From an uncultured Alphaproteobacteria bacterium (GTDB taxonomy: Bacteria; Pseudomonadota; Alphaproteobacteria; Dongiales; Dongiaceae): a stretch of DNA of 64,000 nucleotides. Shown one piece after another: positions 11,105 to 21,312 of this stretch. Each line of letters starts with the position of its first letter. The stretch's first letter is position 1. Where the stretch lies: assembly GCA_963810485.1 (NCBI GenBank), contig CAWENQ010000006.1, forward strand, positions 89,111 through 153,110, in the 5' to 3' direction. Both the position numbers and the translations under genes were made by a program. The notes under the pieces are model-generated. The model ran no database searches. It had not been told where the DNA came from and worked only from the letters and a program-made list of their open reading frames with translations.

Positions 11105-12632
11105 TTCTTCTTGGTGTCCGGCGGCGGTCCGCCCGACGGATGCAGCCGGATCGTCGGCTCGCGATGGGCCAGCAAGCCACCCGGCCGCCAGATCATGATC
11201 AGCACCATGCCGATGCCGAAGGCGAGCATGCGGTACTCCGAGAGCTCGCGGAACAGCTCGGGCACGCCGATCAGCACCGATGCCGCCAGCACGATGCCGA
11301 CCTGGCTGCCGAGGCCGCCGAGCACGACGATCGCCAGGATGATCGCCGATTCCAGGAACACGAAGCTCTCCGGGCTGATGAAGGCGTTGCGCACGGCGAA
11401 GAAGGAGCCGGCGAAGCCGCCGAACATGGCGCCGACGGCAAAGGCCGTCAGCTTGGTGTTCGTCGGATTGATGCCGAGCGCGCGGCAGGCCGTTTCATCC
11501 TCGCGCAAGGCCTCCCAGGCGCGGCCAAGCGGCAGCTTGCGGATGCGGAGGGTAAAGAAGTTCACCGCGCAGCGCCGCCAGCAGCACGAGGTAGTAGAGG
11601 AAGATGACCCGGTGATTGGGATTATATTCGATGCCGAAGAACTTGCTGAAGCTGGTTACGCCTTCGGGGACGTTGCGCTCCATCGGCAGGCCGAAGAAGC
11701 TGGCGCGCGGAACCCTGTTGATGCCGTTCGGACCGCCGGTCAAAGACCGCCAATTGACGATGATGATGCGGATCATCTCGCCGAAGCCGAGCGTGACGAT
11801 CGCCAGGTAGTCGCCGCGCAATCGCAAAACGGGAAAACCGAGCAACACGCCGAAAGTCGCGGCCAGAAGTCCCGCGAGCGGCAGGCAGACCCAGAAGCTC
11901 CAGCCGAGATAGACCGAAGCCATCGCATAGGTGTAGGCACCGACCGCGTAGAACGCGACATAGCCGAGGTCCAGCAGGCCGGCGAGGCCGACGACGATGT
12001 TCAGTCCCCAGCCGAGCATGATGTAGGTCAGGACGATGGTGCAGATATCGATGATCTTCTTTTCCTGGGTGCGATCGCCCAGCGGCAGCCAGGGTAGCGC
12101 AATGGCAAGCACGATCATGCCCGCGCCGATCCAGGGCATGGCCCGCTGGACGGCTTCGGCGACAGTTCTTGCTGACCACGACCTGACCGCGCGCTAGCGC
12201 GCGTTGCCGGCGCATCTCCTGCGACGAGCGCAGGAAGATGGCCACGGGGATGATCAGCGAGCCCCAATTGATGATCATCGAATTGAACGGCAGGAACTCC
12301 TTTGGAATGAGGTCCCGTTCCTGCACGAGCAGCAGCAGCAACAGCAGCACAGACACGCCGCCCGCGACGATGACGCCAACCTGCGGCCGTCCCGCCCGCA
12401 ATTGGCTGATCACCAGGCTGCCGACGAACACGCCGATCGTGGCGATGAAGACTTCCTTATAGCGCGTGGTGAAATCCAGGGCGCCGGTGCTGCTGACGGT
12501 TTCGATGCCGACGATCAACGATGCCAGGAGAAACGTAATCACACCGGCAGCGACCGCCTGCTTCAGCATCTCCTGCGTCACCGCCGAGGCTTCGGCCTGC
12601 TTTGCCGCTACGGTCTCCTGCATCAGCGCCAT
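11101..12632 (-). pseudogene. livM: branched-chain amino acid ABC transporter permease LivM with long N-terminal extension, two frameshifts as assembled
   Basis: Three consecutive ORF fragments (11622..12632, 11495..12139, 11101..11565) join into one LivM. The junctions are ...ALARGQVVVSK / TVAEAVQRAMPWIGAGMIVL near 12165-12172 and ...YYLVLLAAL / [18 protein letters not shown] near 11568-11572. Confidence 0.85.
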
Positions 12633-12635
12633 CGC

Positions 12636-13572
12636 CTAGACCTTCTCGATTTCCGGCTTGCCGAGGAGCCCGGTCGGCCGGAAGATCAGCACGAGAACCA
12701 GAACGCCGAATGCCGCGACGTCCTTGTAGTCGGCGGCGACATAGCCGGAGAAGAACACCTCGATGAAGCCGAGCAGCAATCCGCCGAGCATGGCGCCGGG
12801 AAGCGAGCCGACGCCGCCCAGCACGGCGGCGCTGAACGCTTTGATGCCGGCGACGAAGCCGATGTAGAAATCGATGAACCCGTAGTAGAGCGTCACCATC
12901 AAGCCGGCGACACAGGCCAGGGCCGCGCCGAGCACGAAGGTCAGCGAAATCGTGCGATCAATGTTGACGCCCAGCAGCGACGCCATCTTCATGTCCTGCT
13001 CGCAGGCGCGCTGCTGCCGGCCGAGCGAAGTGTGGCGGATCACCATGGTGAAGCCGAGCATCAGCGCCACGGTGATCAAGATGATCATGATCTGCTCATG
13101 GGTGATCTGCGAGGTTATGCCCTCCGCTTCCGCCAGCATGACTTTGCCGAACTGTTCGTCCGTCGCATGGGGCAGCGGCTTGCCGCGCGCGCCCTGCAGC
13201 AGCAGCACGTAGTTCTGCAGGATGATCGACATGCCGATCGCCGAGATCAGCGGCGCCAGGCGCGTCGAACCTCGCAAGGGCCGATAGGCGATGCGTTCAA
13301 CGCTCCAGCCATAGAGCGCCGTGAGCGAGACGCCGATGATCAGCACCACCACCAGCGCCAGCGGCACCCAGGTGATGCCGAGGAATCCAAGGACGAGAAT
13401 GACGATCAGCGAGTGAAAGGCGCCGATCATGTAGATGTCGCCATGGGCGAAATTGATCATGCCGATGATGCCATAGACCATCGTGTAGCCGATGGCGATC
13501 AGCCCGTAGACCGATCCAAGAGTCAGGCCATTGATGACTTGCTGCAGGAACGTGACCTATCTCGGCCGTCAT
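12636..13572 (-). pseudogene. livH: branched-chain amino acid ABC transporter permease LivH, frameshift in the first codons as assembled
   Basis: ORF 12636..13481 starts inside TM1 (MVYGIIGMINFAHGD). The same frame reads upstream as VTFLQQVINGLTLGSVYGLIAIGYT back to a TAG. The only start (ATG 13572, MTAEI) is one frame off, so there is an indel near 13556-13560. Confidence 0.8.
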
Positions 13573-13823
13573 TCAGATTTCTCCATGCGGCCGGGCTGCG
13601 GGAGTAGCAGCGATGAGTAAACGCGAGAAGTCAGCCCGAAAGCGCGGGCGATGCAATTGCCACCGCCTGCGACAGGACGCACGTCACAATTCGGACTCCC
13701 AAACTTGGCCTCGGTTTATTTAGTCGTTCTTCTTGTCTTGACCCTATATTATGGGGCGGGGCCGCCTCGCAAGCCGAAAGTGGGTATTGTCTCCGCACAA
13801 TAGAACCGTTTCAGATGCGGCCC

Positions 13824-15249
13824 CTAGGGCCGCTCGTCAGCCGTTTGCGTCCGCAGCGTCCCCAGCAGGCCCGCGGGACGTAGCAGCAAAATCAGCACCA
13901 GGAGCGCGAATACGGCGATATCCTTCCATTGCGAGCCGAGAAAGGCCGCCGTGAAGCATTCGACCACGGCGATGATCAGGGCGCCCAGGAAGGCGCCGGG
14001 CAGCGAGCCGATGCCGCCCACCAGCGCCGCGGTCAGCGCCTTGAAGCCGATCAGCGTGCCCATATGGAAATTGATCACGCCATATTGAAGACCGGCGAAC
14101 ACGCCGCCGGCACCGGCCAACCCGCCGCCCATCACGAAGGTTAGGCCAATGATCCTGTTGACGTCCACGCCCAGCAGCGCCGCCATCCTCGGATCCTGGG
14201 CGCAGGCCCGCTGGCTGCGGCCGAAGTCGCTGCGTTGGCTGAGCCGCCAGAGCAGTCGCTGCGATAATAATCGTGCCCAGGGCGACGACGAGATGCCCCT
14301 TGCTGAGATAGATGTCGAAGCCATGTCCGGTGACGATCGGCCAGGTGGTCAGGTCCTTCGTCAGGAGATAGCGCGTCTTCGGACCCTGCAGCAGCCGCAC
14401 GCTGTCCTTCATGGAGATCGAGAGGCCGATGGCAGCGATCAATGCCGCTGTCGTCGGCATGCCGCGCATCGGCAAGAAGACAAGCTTGTCCATCGCCCAG
14501 CCGGCGGCGCCCATGATCACGCAAGCGCCGGCGCCGACCAGCAGCACTGCGGCGATGCCGACCGAGCCGAAATAGTACGCGAACACGATTGATGCGACGT
14601 AAGCGGTAAAGGCGCCGAACATGTAGAGATCGCCGAAGGCGAAATTGATCACCCGCGTGATGCCATAGACCAGGGTGAACCCGATGGCGATCAGCGCATA
14701 GACGCAGCCGAGATTAATGGCGTTGATCGTCTGCTGCAGCACATACAGGGCGCGGCCCCTTGCCGTATCCGATTCCGGATCGAAGTCCTGCGGCTGATAC
14801 TGCATGAGACGCAGCATTTTGTAGAGTTGCTGGATGTCATAGCGGCGCATCACGCCGAACTCGCTGGAATCCAGCTGGGTCATCTGCCAGGCGTCTTCGG
14901 CCGAATTCCGCGGCAGGAACCAGCAGATCATCCAGCCCTCCTTGATCGCCGGAGTGCCAGTCGACTCTGTCGCCGCAGGTGCGCGCCAATCCAGCCGCAC
15001 GCCGAAGGGCTGCGCCGCTCCTTGATCCTGAAGCGCGATGGCAACACCCAGCGGCGCTTTCACGAAGGCCGGCATCAGCTCCTGACAGCGGCGGACGGCT
15101 TCCTCGTTGCCGGTCGCGGTCGCTTGCGCCACGGACGGGAAGAACACGTAGAAGGCAATCGCCACTGCAAACGCAAGATGCCACGCCGCGCCGCCGGCCA
15201 TACCTGACAGGCGACTGAGAACGGCGGACTTGCGTTGACATGCAACCAT
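13824..15249 (-). pseudogene. LivH-family ABC permease paralog with about 165-aa N-terminal extracytoplasmic extension, one frameshift as assembled
   Basis: ORF 13837..15252 carries a signal-anchor (AAWHLAFAVAIAFYVFFPSVAQA), a non-membrane domain, and then LQQTINAINLGCVYALIAIGFTLVYGITRVINFAFGD. The C-terminal half (LLWRLSQRSDFGRSQRACAQDPRMAALLGVD...GSLPGAFLGAL) is in ORF 13824..14324. The junction is near 14255-14262. Confidence 0.75.
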
Positions 15250-15285
15250 CAATAATAAAATAGATGGTTACAGGGCCGAACGCAA

Positions 15286-15948
15286 ATGCACGCGCAAACT
15301 GAAACATCGACGCCGCCGAAGAGCCGGGCCGGCAGCCTGCACCTGCTCAGCGGCCGCCTCTGTCTCGATTTCGCGAACACAACAAGCGGGCGCGGTGGCC
15401 CGCAATGTCTGGAGCATCTCCATCAATACCAGCATCTGCTGCAATGGTGCCGGCATACCCGCCTCCTGTCGGCCGCCCAGGCCAGCCGCCTCGACCGTGC
15501 CGCAAGCCGCAGGCCGGCCAGGGCGGCCCGCGTCCTGCAGCAGGCCAAGCTGCTGCGGGAGGCGATCTATTCCATCGGCGTTGCCATCAAAAGCGGCCGC
15601 TCGCCCGCGGCGGGACTTGCCGCCCTCAATGGCGCTCTTGCCGCCACCGAAGGGCAACGCCAGATAGTGGCGTCCGATGGCGCGTTTGCCTGGAAATGGC
15701 AGGCCGGACCGGCCGATCTCGGCTGGATGCTCGGGCCGATTGCCCTCTCAGCGGCTGAGCTCCTGGTGAACCTGGACCGGCGGCGCCTCAAGCAATGCGC
15801 CGGTTTGCATTGCGGCTGGTTCTTCCTGGATGAAACCAGGAGCCGCACCCGGCGCTGGTGCGACATGCGGGTCTGCGGCAGCCGGGCCAAGACGCGCCGC
15901 TTCCGCCAGCGGCAACGGGGCCGGGTTGGGTCCGCCGCAAAGTCGTGA
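15286..15948 (+). CDS. CGNR zinc-finger (ABATE/DUF1470) domain protein
   Basis: 220 aa. N-terminal LCLDFANT, and C-terminal C..GLHCGWFFLDETRSRTRRWCDMRVCGSRAKTRRFRQR, which matches the CGNR zinc-finger pattern. Confidence 0.8.
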   Translation: MHAQTETSTPPKSRAGSLHLLSGRLCLDFANTTSGRGGPQCLEHLHQYQHLLQWCRHTRLLSAAQASRLDRAASRRPARAARVLQQAKLLREAIYSIGVAIKSGRSPAAGLAALNGALAATEGQRQIVASDGAFAWKWQAGPADLGWMLGPIALSAAELLVNLDRRRLKQCAGLHCGWFFLDETRSRTRRWCDMRVCGSRAKTRRFRQRQRGRVGSAAKS

Positions 15949-15991
15949 TAAGACTGCGGCAGCCAACAAACCTTGGACCCCGGAGTGATTC

Positions 15992-17233
15992 ATGAGCGCA
16001 GCCCAGAGCGCCGGCGCGGCCGTTTCGGCCGCCGGCAAGTCCGCCTCCCCTACCAGCCGGGCGGAATTCCAATGGGAAGATCCCCTGCTGCTGGAGGATC
16101 AGCTCAGCGAAGATGAGCGGCTGATCCGCGACACCGCGCGGCAATACTGCCAGGACAAGCTGATGCCCCGGATCCTCGAGGCCAACCGGCATGAGAAGTT
16201 CGACCGCAGCATCATGAACGAGATGGGCGAGCTCGGCCTGCTCGGTGCGACGATCGAAGGCTATGGTTGCTCGGGCGTGAACTATGTCTGCTACGGGCTG
16301 GTGGCGCGCGAGGTGGAACGCGTCGATTCCGGCTACCGCTCGGCGATGAGCGTGCAGTCGAGCCTGGTCATGCATCCCATACAAGCCTATGGCACGGAAG
16401 CGCAGCGGCAGAAATACCTGCCGCGCCTGGCCAAGGGCGAGATCGTCGGCTGCTTCGGCCTGACCGAGCCCGACGCCGGCTCCGATCCCGGCGGCATGCG
16501 CACCCGCGCCCGCAAGGCCGACGGCGGCTATGTGCTGAAGGGATCCAAGATGTGGATCACCAACTCTCCGGTCGCCGATGTGTTTATCGTCTGGGCCAAG
16601 GACGACGCCGGCGACATCAGGGGCTTCATCCTGGAAAAGGGCATGAAGGGTCTCTCGGCGCCGAAGATTGAAGGAAAATTCTCCCTCCGCGCGTCGATCA
16701 CCGGCGAAATCGTCATGGAAGACGTGTTTGTTTCCGAGGATCAGCTATTGCCCAACGTGAAGGGCCTGAAGGGGCCGTTCGGCTGCCTGAACAATGCGCG
16801 CTACGGCATCTCCTGGGGCGCGCTGGGCGCGGCCGAGTTCTGCTGGCACCAGGCGCGAAATTACACGCTGAACCGCAAGCAGTTCGGCCGGCCGCTGGCG
16901 GCCAACCAGCTGATCCAGAAGAAGCTGGCCGATATGCAGACGGAGATTACCCTGGGACTGCAGGCTTGCCTGCGTCTCGGCCGCCTCAAGGACGAAGGCC
17001 GCGCCGCGCCGGAGATGATCTCCATGCTGAAGCGCAACTCTTGCGGCAAGGCCCTGGATATCGCCCGCGCCGCCCGCGATATGCATGGCGGCAACGGCAT
17101 TTCCGACGAGTTCCACGTCATCCGCCATGTGATGAATCTGGAGGCCGTGAACACCTATGAGGGCACGCATGACGTGCACGCGCTCATCCTCGGCCGGGCG
17201 CAAACGGGAATTCAGGCTTTCTCCGGCGGCTGA
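15992..17233 (+). CDS. gcdH: glutaryl-CoA dehydrogenase (acyl-CoA dehydrogenase family)
   Basis: 413 aa with [71 protein letters not shown] and [18 protein letters not shown]. Confidence 0.9.
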   Translation: MSAAQSAGAAVSAAGKSASPTSRAEFQWEDPLLLEDQLSEDERLIRDTARQYCQDKLMPRILEANRHEKFDRSIMNEMGELGLLGATIEGYGCSGVNYVCYGLVAREVERVDSGYRSAMSVQSSLVMHPIQAYGTEAQRQKYLPRLAKGEIVGCFGLTEPDAGSDPGGMRTRARKADGGYVLKGSKMWITNSPVADVFIVWAKDDAGDIRGFILEKGMKGLSAPKIEGKFSLRASITGEIVMEDVFVSEDQLLPNVKGLKGPFGCLNNARYGISWGALGAAEFCWHQARNYTLNRKQFGRPLAANQLIQKKLADMQTEITLGLQACLRLGRLKDEGRAAPEMISMLKRNSCGKALDIARAARDMHGGNGISDEFHVIRHVMNLEAVNTYEGTHDVHALILGRAQTGIQAFSGG

Positions 17234-17441
17234 TCGGGGGCCCCCGATGCGGCAATTTTGAATCTTGCAGAACCCTGCCAATTCGGGATGGATTAAGGCT
17301 GTTTCGGGCGTCGGCGCTGGGAACACCGTCGAACCGGGTTAGGGGCCCGGTTAACCTGCATTCGGGATGCCGCGGGGTGGCGTCCTGGTTGCTGGATTGC
17401 GTTTGTTCGGGGGTCTTGGTTTCAAGGGGCAGCTTCAAATC

Positions 17442-18416
17442 ATGGCAGCGAACACTCGGCGGTTCAGTTCGACCGACATGGCGACTCTGCTCGGCCTGCC
17501 GGTGCTCACGGTGCTCGCCTGGGCCACAACAGAGGGCAGCTGGAATCTCCTGGGAAACGCCTTTGCGCCCATGGCCGCGCCCTTCTCCCTGACGTCATCG
17601 AATTTGCCGCAATGCATCGGCGCGCTGCTCGAGCTGCGCGACGGCGCCGTCGGCGGCGCCCGTGTCCTGCGGAATGTCCTGGCGCATCAGGTCGAAGAGA
17701 CGCTGCAACTGCTTGCCTGCCACCGCCCGGGCGGCTGGCGGCCGACGACCGAATTGCGCGGCGCCCATAATCTGGTGAGCGCCCTTACGGCGGGGAATGG
17801 CGCCGTTCTGTGGGTCGCCAACTCCGCCTTCGCCTCCCTGGTGGTGAAGATGGCGTTGCACGATGCGGGCTTCAAAATGCATCACCTCAGCCATCCCCGC
17901 CACGGCTTCTCGCCCACGCAGTTCGGCATGCGATGGCTCAATCCGATCAGAACCAGGATTGAGGCGAGGTATCTCGCCAGCCGCGCCGTGCTGCCGCTGA
18001 GCCACAATGCCGGACCCGTGCTGGCCCGCCTCGTCGACCGGCTCAAGGAGGGCGGCGTCGTCTCCGTGACGGCGCAGGCCACGTCGCTGCGGCCGATCGC
18101 GGTACCATTCCTCGGCGGCACGCTGAACCTGGCGCCTGGCGCGCCGGGAATTGCCCATCGCTCCGGCGCGGCACTGCTGCCGGTTTTCACGACCAGGGAC
18201 GCCGTCGACCACCACACCGTTACGATCGAGTCCGCCCTGCCCATGCCGCGCGGATTGCAGAAAGAGCAGGTCTTCGAGCATGCGGCGCAGGGGTTCGCGC
18301 AGCGGCTTGCGTCACAGGTGAGGAATGCGCCCGGCGGCTGGTTTGGCTGGCAGGATGCAAGCGACGCGCGAGTCCGCGCCAGCGAAGCGATCAAAATCGG
18401 TGCGGCCGCGCAATAG
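17442..18416 (+). CDS. hypothetical protein, weak LpxL/HtrB-type acyltransferase resemblance
   Basis: Segments resemble the lipid A lauroyl-acyltransferase family (GNGAVLWVANSAFASL, GGVVSVTAQAT, LNLAPGAPGIAHRSGAALLPVF). The position of the catalytic His reads N. I prefer the ATG at 17442. Confidence 0.35.
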   Translation: MAANTRRFSSTDMATLLGLPVLTVLAWATTEGSWNLLGNAFAPMAAPFSLTSSNLPQCIGALLELRDGAVGGARVLRNVLAHQVEETLQLLACHRPGGWRPTTELRGAHNLVSALTAGNGAVLWVANSAFASLVVKMALHDAGFKMHHLSHPRHGFSPTQFGMRWLNPIRTRIEARYLASRAVLPLSHNAGPVLARLVDRLKEGGVVSVTAQATSLRPIAVPFLGGTLNLAPGAPGIAHRSGAALLPVFTTRDAVDHHTVTIESALPMPRGLQKEQVFEHAAQGFAQRLASQVRNAPGGWFGWQDASDARVRASEAIKIGAAAQ

Positions 18417-18470
18417 GCGCTGGCGCCGCCCGCGAGTCCCAGCGGCAGCTATCGCCGCAGAATGTCAAAC

Positions 18471-18502
18471 GGGCGGCACCGATCCGGTGCCGCCCGTTTT
18501 TG
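18471..18502 (+). terminator. intrinsic terminator
   Basis: GGGCGGCACC-GATC-CGGTGCCGCCC stem followed by GTTTTTGATTTT, 55 nt after the stop at 18416. Confidence 0.75.
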
Positions 18503-18601
18503 ATTTTGCTGCTTCCGGACGCAGGTCAGACCGGAAGCCATCTCAATGAATTTGCGACCCAACCCATGGAACAGCGCCTTGGGACAGGCGCTGTCCGAAG
18601 T

Positions 18602-18691
18602 CTAGTGCATCGCCGCGGATAAAACGGCCAAACCAACCAGGAAGAATCCAGCAAAAAGGCCATAAGCAATCGGCATCATACGAGCATTCAT
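18602..18691 (-). CDS. unlisted small hydrophobic protein (29 aa)
   Basis: ATG preceded by GGTGAGGAGGGGACGTT (strong Shine-Dalgarno sequence, SD). Translation is MNARMMPIAYGLFAGFFLVGLAVLSAAMH, one predicted TM helix. It is followed by an 8-bp hairpin at 18571-18596 and sits in an AT-rich island. It is below the track length cutoff. Confidence 0.45.
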   Translation of the reverse strand: MNARMMPIAYGLFAGFFLVGLAVLSAAMH

Positions 18692-18757
18692 AACGTCCCC
18701 TCCTCACCTAGTGTCCAGCCCTACACCGGCTGCGGAATTGCTTAATTTCCGGAAAGG

Positions 18758-18786
18758 ATAATAGCCAGTTAAGAAGTAAAACGCAA
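18758..18786 (-). promoter_or_regulatory. candidate sigma70-type promoter for the small ORF
   Basis: On the minus strand: TTGCGT, 17 nt, TATTAT. Two direct TTTACTAAAT repeats (18842-18851 and 18863-18872, 21-nt phase) lie just upstream. Confidence 0.35.
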
Positions 18787-18975
18787 GCATACTTTCATAT
18801 CTTATTAAATATGTTGGATTTTATGCGGTTTATTGCTTGCATTTACTAAATGAAACTCTTCGTTTACTAAATATTCACCAAGATGAATGGCGACGGGAAT
18901 TTTCTGCCGTGATTTCAAGCGGCAGCGCCGCCCGCCGCGAGGCCGGTTTCCGATCCCAGCAATTTGACGAAAATC

Positions 18976-20163
18976 CTAGGCCGCGCTGAGGACCGCTTCA
19001 GCCAGGCGCAGCGCGTCGGCGCGCGCGATCTCGCGAATATTCGCATCCCGCATCGACTTGTTTTCCGGTGCCATCGTGATGTCGGCGAGGCGGGGTGCAT
19101 CCGCCGCCGACAGGCCATCCTTGCCCAGGGAGATCGCCAGGCCGACCGAGCGCAGGAAATGGTCATAGGCCGGCTGCAGGTCGGCGATTACAGCGGCCTC
19201 GCTACGGCCATCGGTCGGCACGCCCATCGCCGCGGCCACGGCGGCATGACGGGCGGGTCCCGCCTCCGCATTCCAGCCGAGCGCCACGCGCAGGCAGAGC
19301 CCGACGGCTCGGCCATGGTGCACATGCCCAATCGCGCCCAGCGCATGGCCCAGGGCATGACCGACTCCGGTGCCCGCATTGTCGATGGCCATGCCGCCTG
19401 CAGCGGCGGCGATCTGCATGGCGCCTCGCGCCGCCAGATCGTCCGGCGCCTCGACAGCGCGCTTCAGATTGGCGACCACCAGCCGGATGGCGTGGAGACC
19501 GATGGCATCGTTGAGCGGATTGGCGCGGCGGATCGTGCAGGCCTCGATGGCGTGGACCAGAGCATCCACCCCCGTGGCCGCCGTCAGATGCGGCGGCAGG
19601 CCCACGGTCAGCCTGGGATCCAGCAGCGCCAGATCGGCGCGCAGCTCATCGCCCCAGGCCCAGACCTTCTCGTCCTTGGCGTTGGTGAAGACGGAGACCC
19701 GGGTGGTCTCCGAGCCGGTGCCGGCGGTGGTCGGCAGGCAAATTTTCTTCAGCCCCTTGGCCGGCAGCCGGTTCTTCGAGAGCTCATAGTGATCCGCCGG
19801 CTGATCCACTGGCGCGATCGCCGCGGCGAACTTGGCGACGTCCAAGGTCGAGCCGCCGCCGAGGCCGACCACGATCTTCGCCCCCAGCGATCTGGCGGCG
19901 GTCGCCGCCCCATCCACCTGCACGCCCAGGGGATCGCTCCGGACATCCGTGTACAGAGCCACCTTGCAGCCGGCCTTCTTCAGCGTGGCCTCGATGGCAT
20001 CGGTGATTTTCGGAATGCCGGGATCGGCCACCAGCAACACCGCGGCGCCCTCGCCCGCCAGCGCCTTCACGTCCTCGCCCAGCTTGTCGCTGCGCCCAGC
20101 ACCGAAGGCAACACGCGTGTTCGGCAGCATCGAAAAAGAAGCAATGGTCATTCGGCCTCGCAT
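18976..20163 (-). CDS. iron-containing (group III) alcohol dehydrogenase family oxidoreductase
   Basis: 395 aa with GLGGGSTLDVAKF, LPTTAGTGSETT and metal-site His motifs (GVDALVHAIEA, GVGHALGHALGAIGHVHHG). Confidence 0.85.
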   Translation of the reverse strand: MRGRMTIASFSMLPNTRVAFGAGRSDKLGEDVKALAGEGAAVLLVADPGIPKITDAIEATLKKAGCKVALYTDVRSDPLGVQVDGAATAARSLGAKIVVGLGGGSTLDVAKFAAAIAPVDQPADHYELSKNRLPAKGLKKICLPTTAGTGSETTRVSVFTNAKDEKVWAWGDELRADLALLDPRLTVGLPPHLTAATGVDALVHAIEACTIRRANPLNDAIGLHAIRLVVANLKRAVEAPDDLAARGAMQIAAAAGGMAIDNAGTGVGHALGHALGAIGHVHHGRAVGLCLRVALGWNAEAGPARHAAVAAAMGVPTDGRSEAAVIADLQPAYDHFLRSVGLAISLGKDGLSAADAPRLADITMAPENKSMRDANIREIARADALRLAEAVLSAA

Positions 20164-20486
20164 GGTCGTCGGCGGGAATTCGCCGGGACGACGTCATGGC
20201 CGGGTCTACATGAAGATTTCAGGCAATTCCATCATCGATCGCCAACAGCCTGAACCTGGCGGTACCGGACCCGAGATTGGGATGAATTGACGGTGAGCTT
20301 GCCCCGTCGGACTAACTCTGCATTGGGATCGAACTGGATGAGGATCGGCTGAAGGCGACGCGGTTCGCCTGGCACTTCAGCCTAGAGTTTGAATGGGAAG
20401 TGACGCGTTGCGGCGGTGGTCACGAGAAATGTCGCGCCGCACCGCCGCAACGCATCTCCCGAAAGGCGCCCTCCCCCAAGGGCGTT

Positions 20487-20981
20487 TCAGGCTGCGTTAT
20501 CGATCGCGCCGGTGGGACGGACCGAGTAATCCATGCTCTGGGACCAGAAGCGCTCCAGGCGGCGCAGCAGCGCATTCATGCCCTGCAGCTCTTCCGGATT
20601 GGCAACACCCTTGGACAACTCATTGGCGTGACGTTCATACATGGCGTTAAGCCGCTCGCAGACCTCGAGGCCCTTGGGCGACACGCGCACGTTCACGGCA
20701 CGGCGGTCATGGGGCGAACGTTCCTGCTGCAGGTACCCGTTTTCCACCATCTTCTTCACATTGTAGGAGACGTTGGAGCCCAGGTAATAGCCGCGGTTCG
20801 TCAACTCGCCGACGGTCAATTCGTCGGTGCCGATATTGAACAGGATCATCGCCTGAACGTTGTTCAGGTCCCGGATGCCATGGCGGTCCAGATCGGCCCG
20901 GATGACTTCCAAGCACTCGCGATGCAGGCGCTCGATAAGGGCGATGGTTTCAAGATATGCGTTCTTCACGAAACGTCTCAC
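20487..20981 (-). CDS. MarR-family winged-helix transcriptional regulator
   Basis: 164 aa with LNNVQAMILFNIGTDELTVGELTNRGYYLGSNVSYNVKKMVENGYLQQERSPHDRRAVNVRVSPKG. Confidence 0.8.
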   Translation of the reverse strand: MRRFVKNAYLETIALIERLHRECLEVIRADLDRHGIRDLNNVQAMILFNIGTDELTVGELTNRGYYLGSNVSYNVKKMVENGYLQQERSPHDRRAVNVRVSPKGLEVCERLNAMYERHANELSKGVANPEELQGMNALLRRLERFWSQSMDYSVRPTGAIDNAA

Positions 20982-21152
20982 AAGCTAGAGTCGTTGAACA
21001 GGCGGTCATTAAAACACTGGCAGTCTTAACAGTTGGTTTACATGACAAAATTCACCGGCAAATTCGTCACATTCATAAGAAATTTGGTTAATCCGCAAAC
21101 CGTAACGCCCCGATGGTTGACAAGCCCATGTCATTTATCGGAGATTTCGGCC

Positions 21153-21205
21153 GGCGCCGATTTGAAGCAGCAGCTTGCGGGCGCCTAATAAATGCAGCTA
21201 AAGCG
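21153..21205 (+). promoter_or_regulatory. SAM-II (metA-motif) riboswitch-like element, copy A
   Basis: GGCGCC-GAUUUGAAGCAGCAGCUUGCG-GGCGCC-UAAUAAAUGC-AGCUAAAGCG. It has a P1 helix plus the GAUUU, GCUUGC and AGCUAAAGC blocks that I recall from the SAM-II consensus. Confidence 0.55.
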
Positions 21206-21214
21206 ACGGCGACC

Positions 21215-21245
21215 GACCGCCCAGCTCCGCTGTGGCGGTTTTTTC
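21215..21245 (+). terminator. candidate terminator following SAM-II-like copy A
   Basis: ACCGCC / GGCGGT stem with a 12-nt loop, followed by TTTTTC. Confidence 0.45.
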
Positions 21246-21312
21246 GTTAAGACGGCCTGCTTCAAGGCGGCCGCCGGGGATTGATCCCCCTCGCCTCCGG
21301 GCGGAACGGATC

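Noticed and set aside
18540-18960. AT-rich island as a mobile element or genomic island
   Set aside because: There is no integrase, transposase, terminal inverted repeat or tRNA anchor, and at about 400 nt it is too short. I treat it as a regulatory or small-gene region instead.
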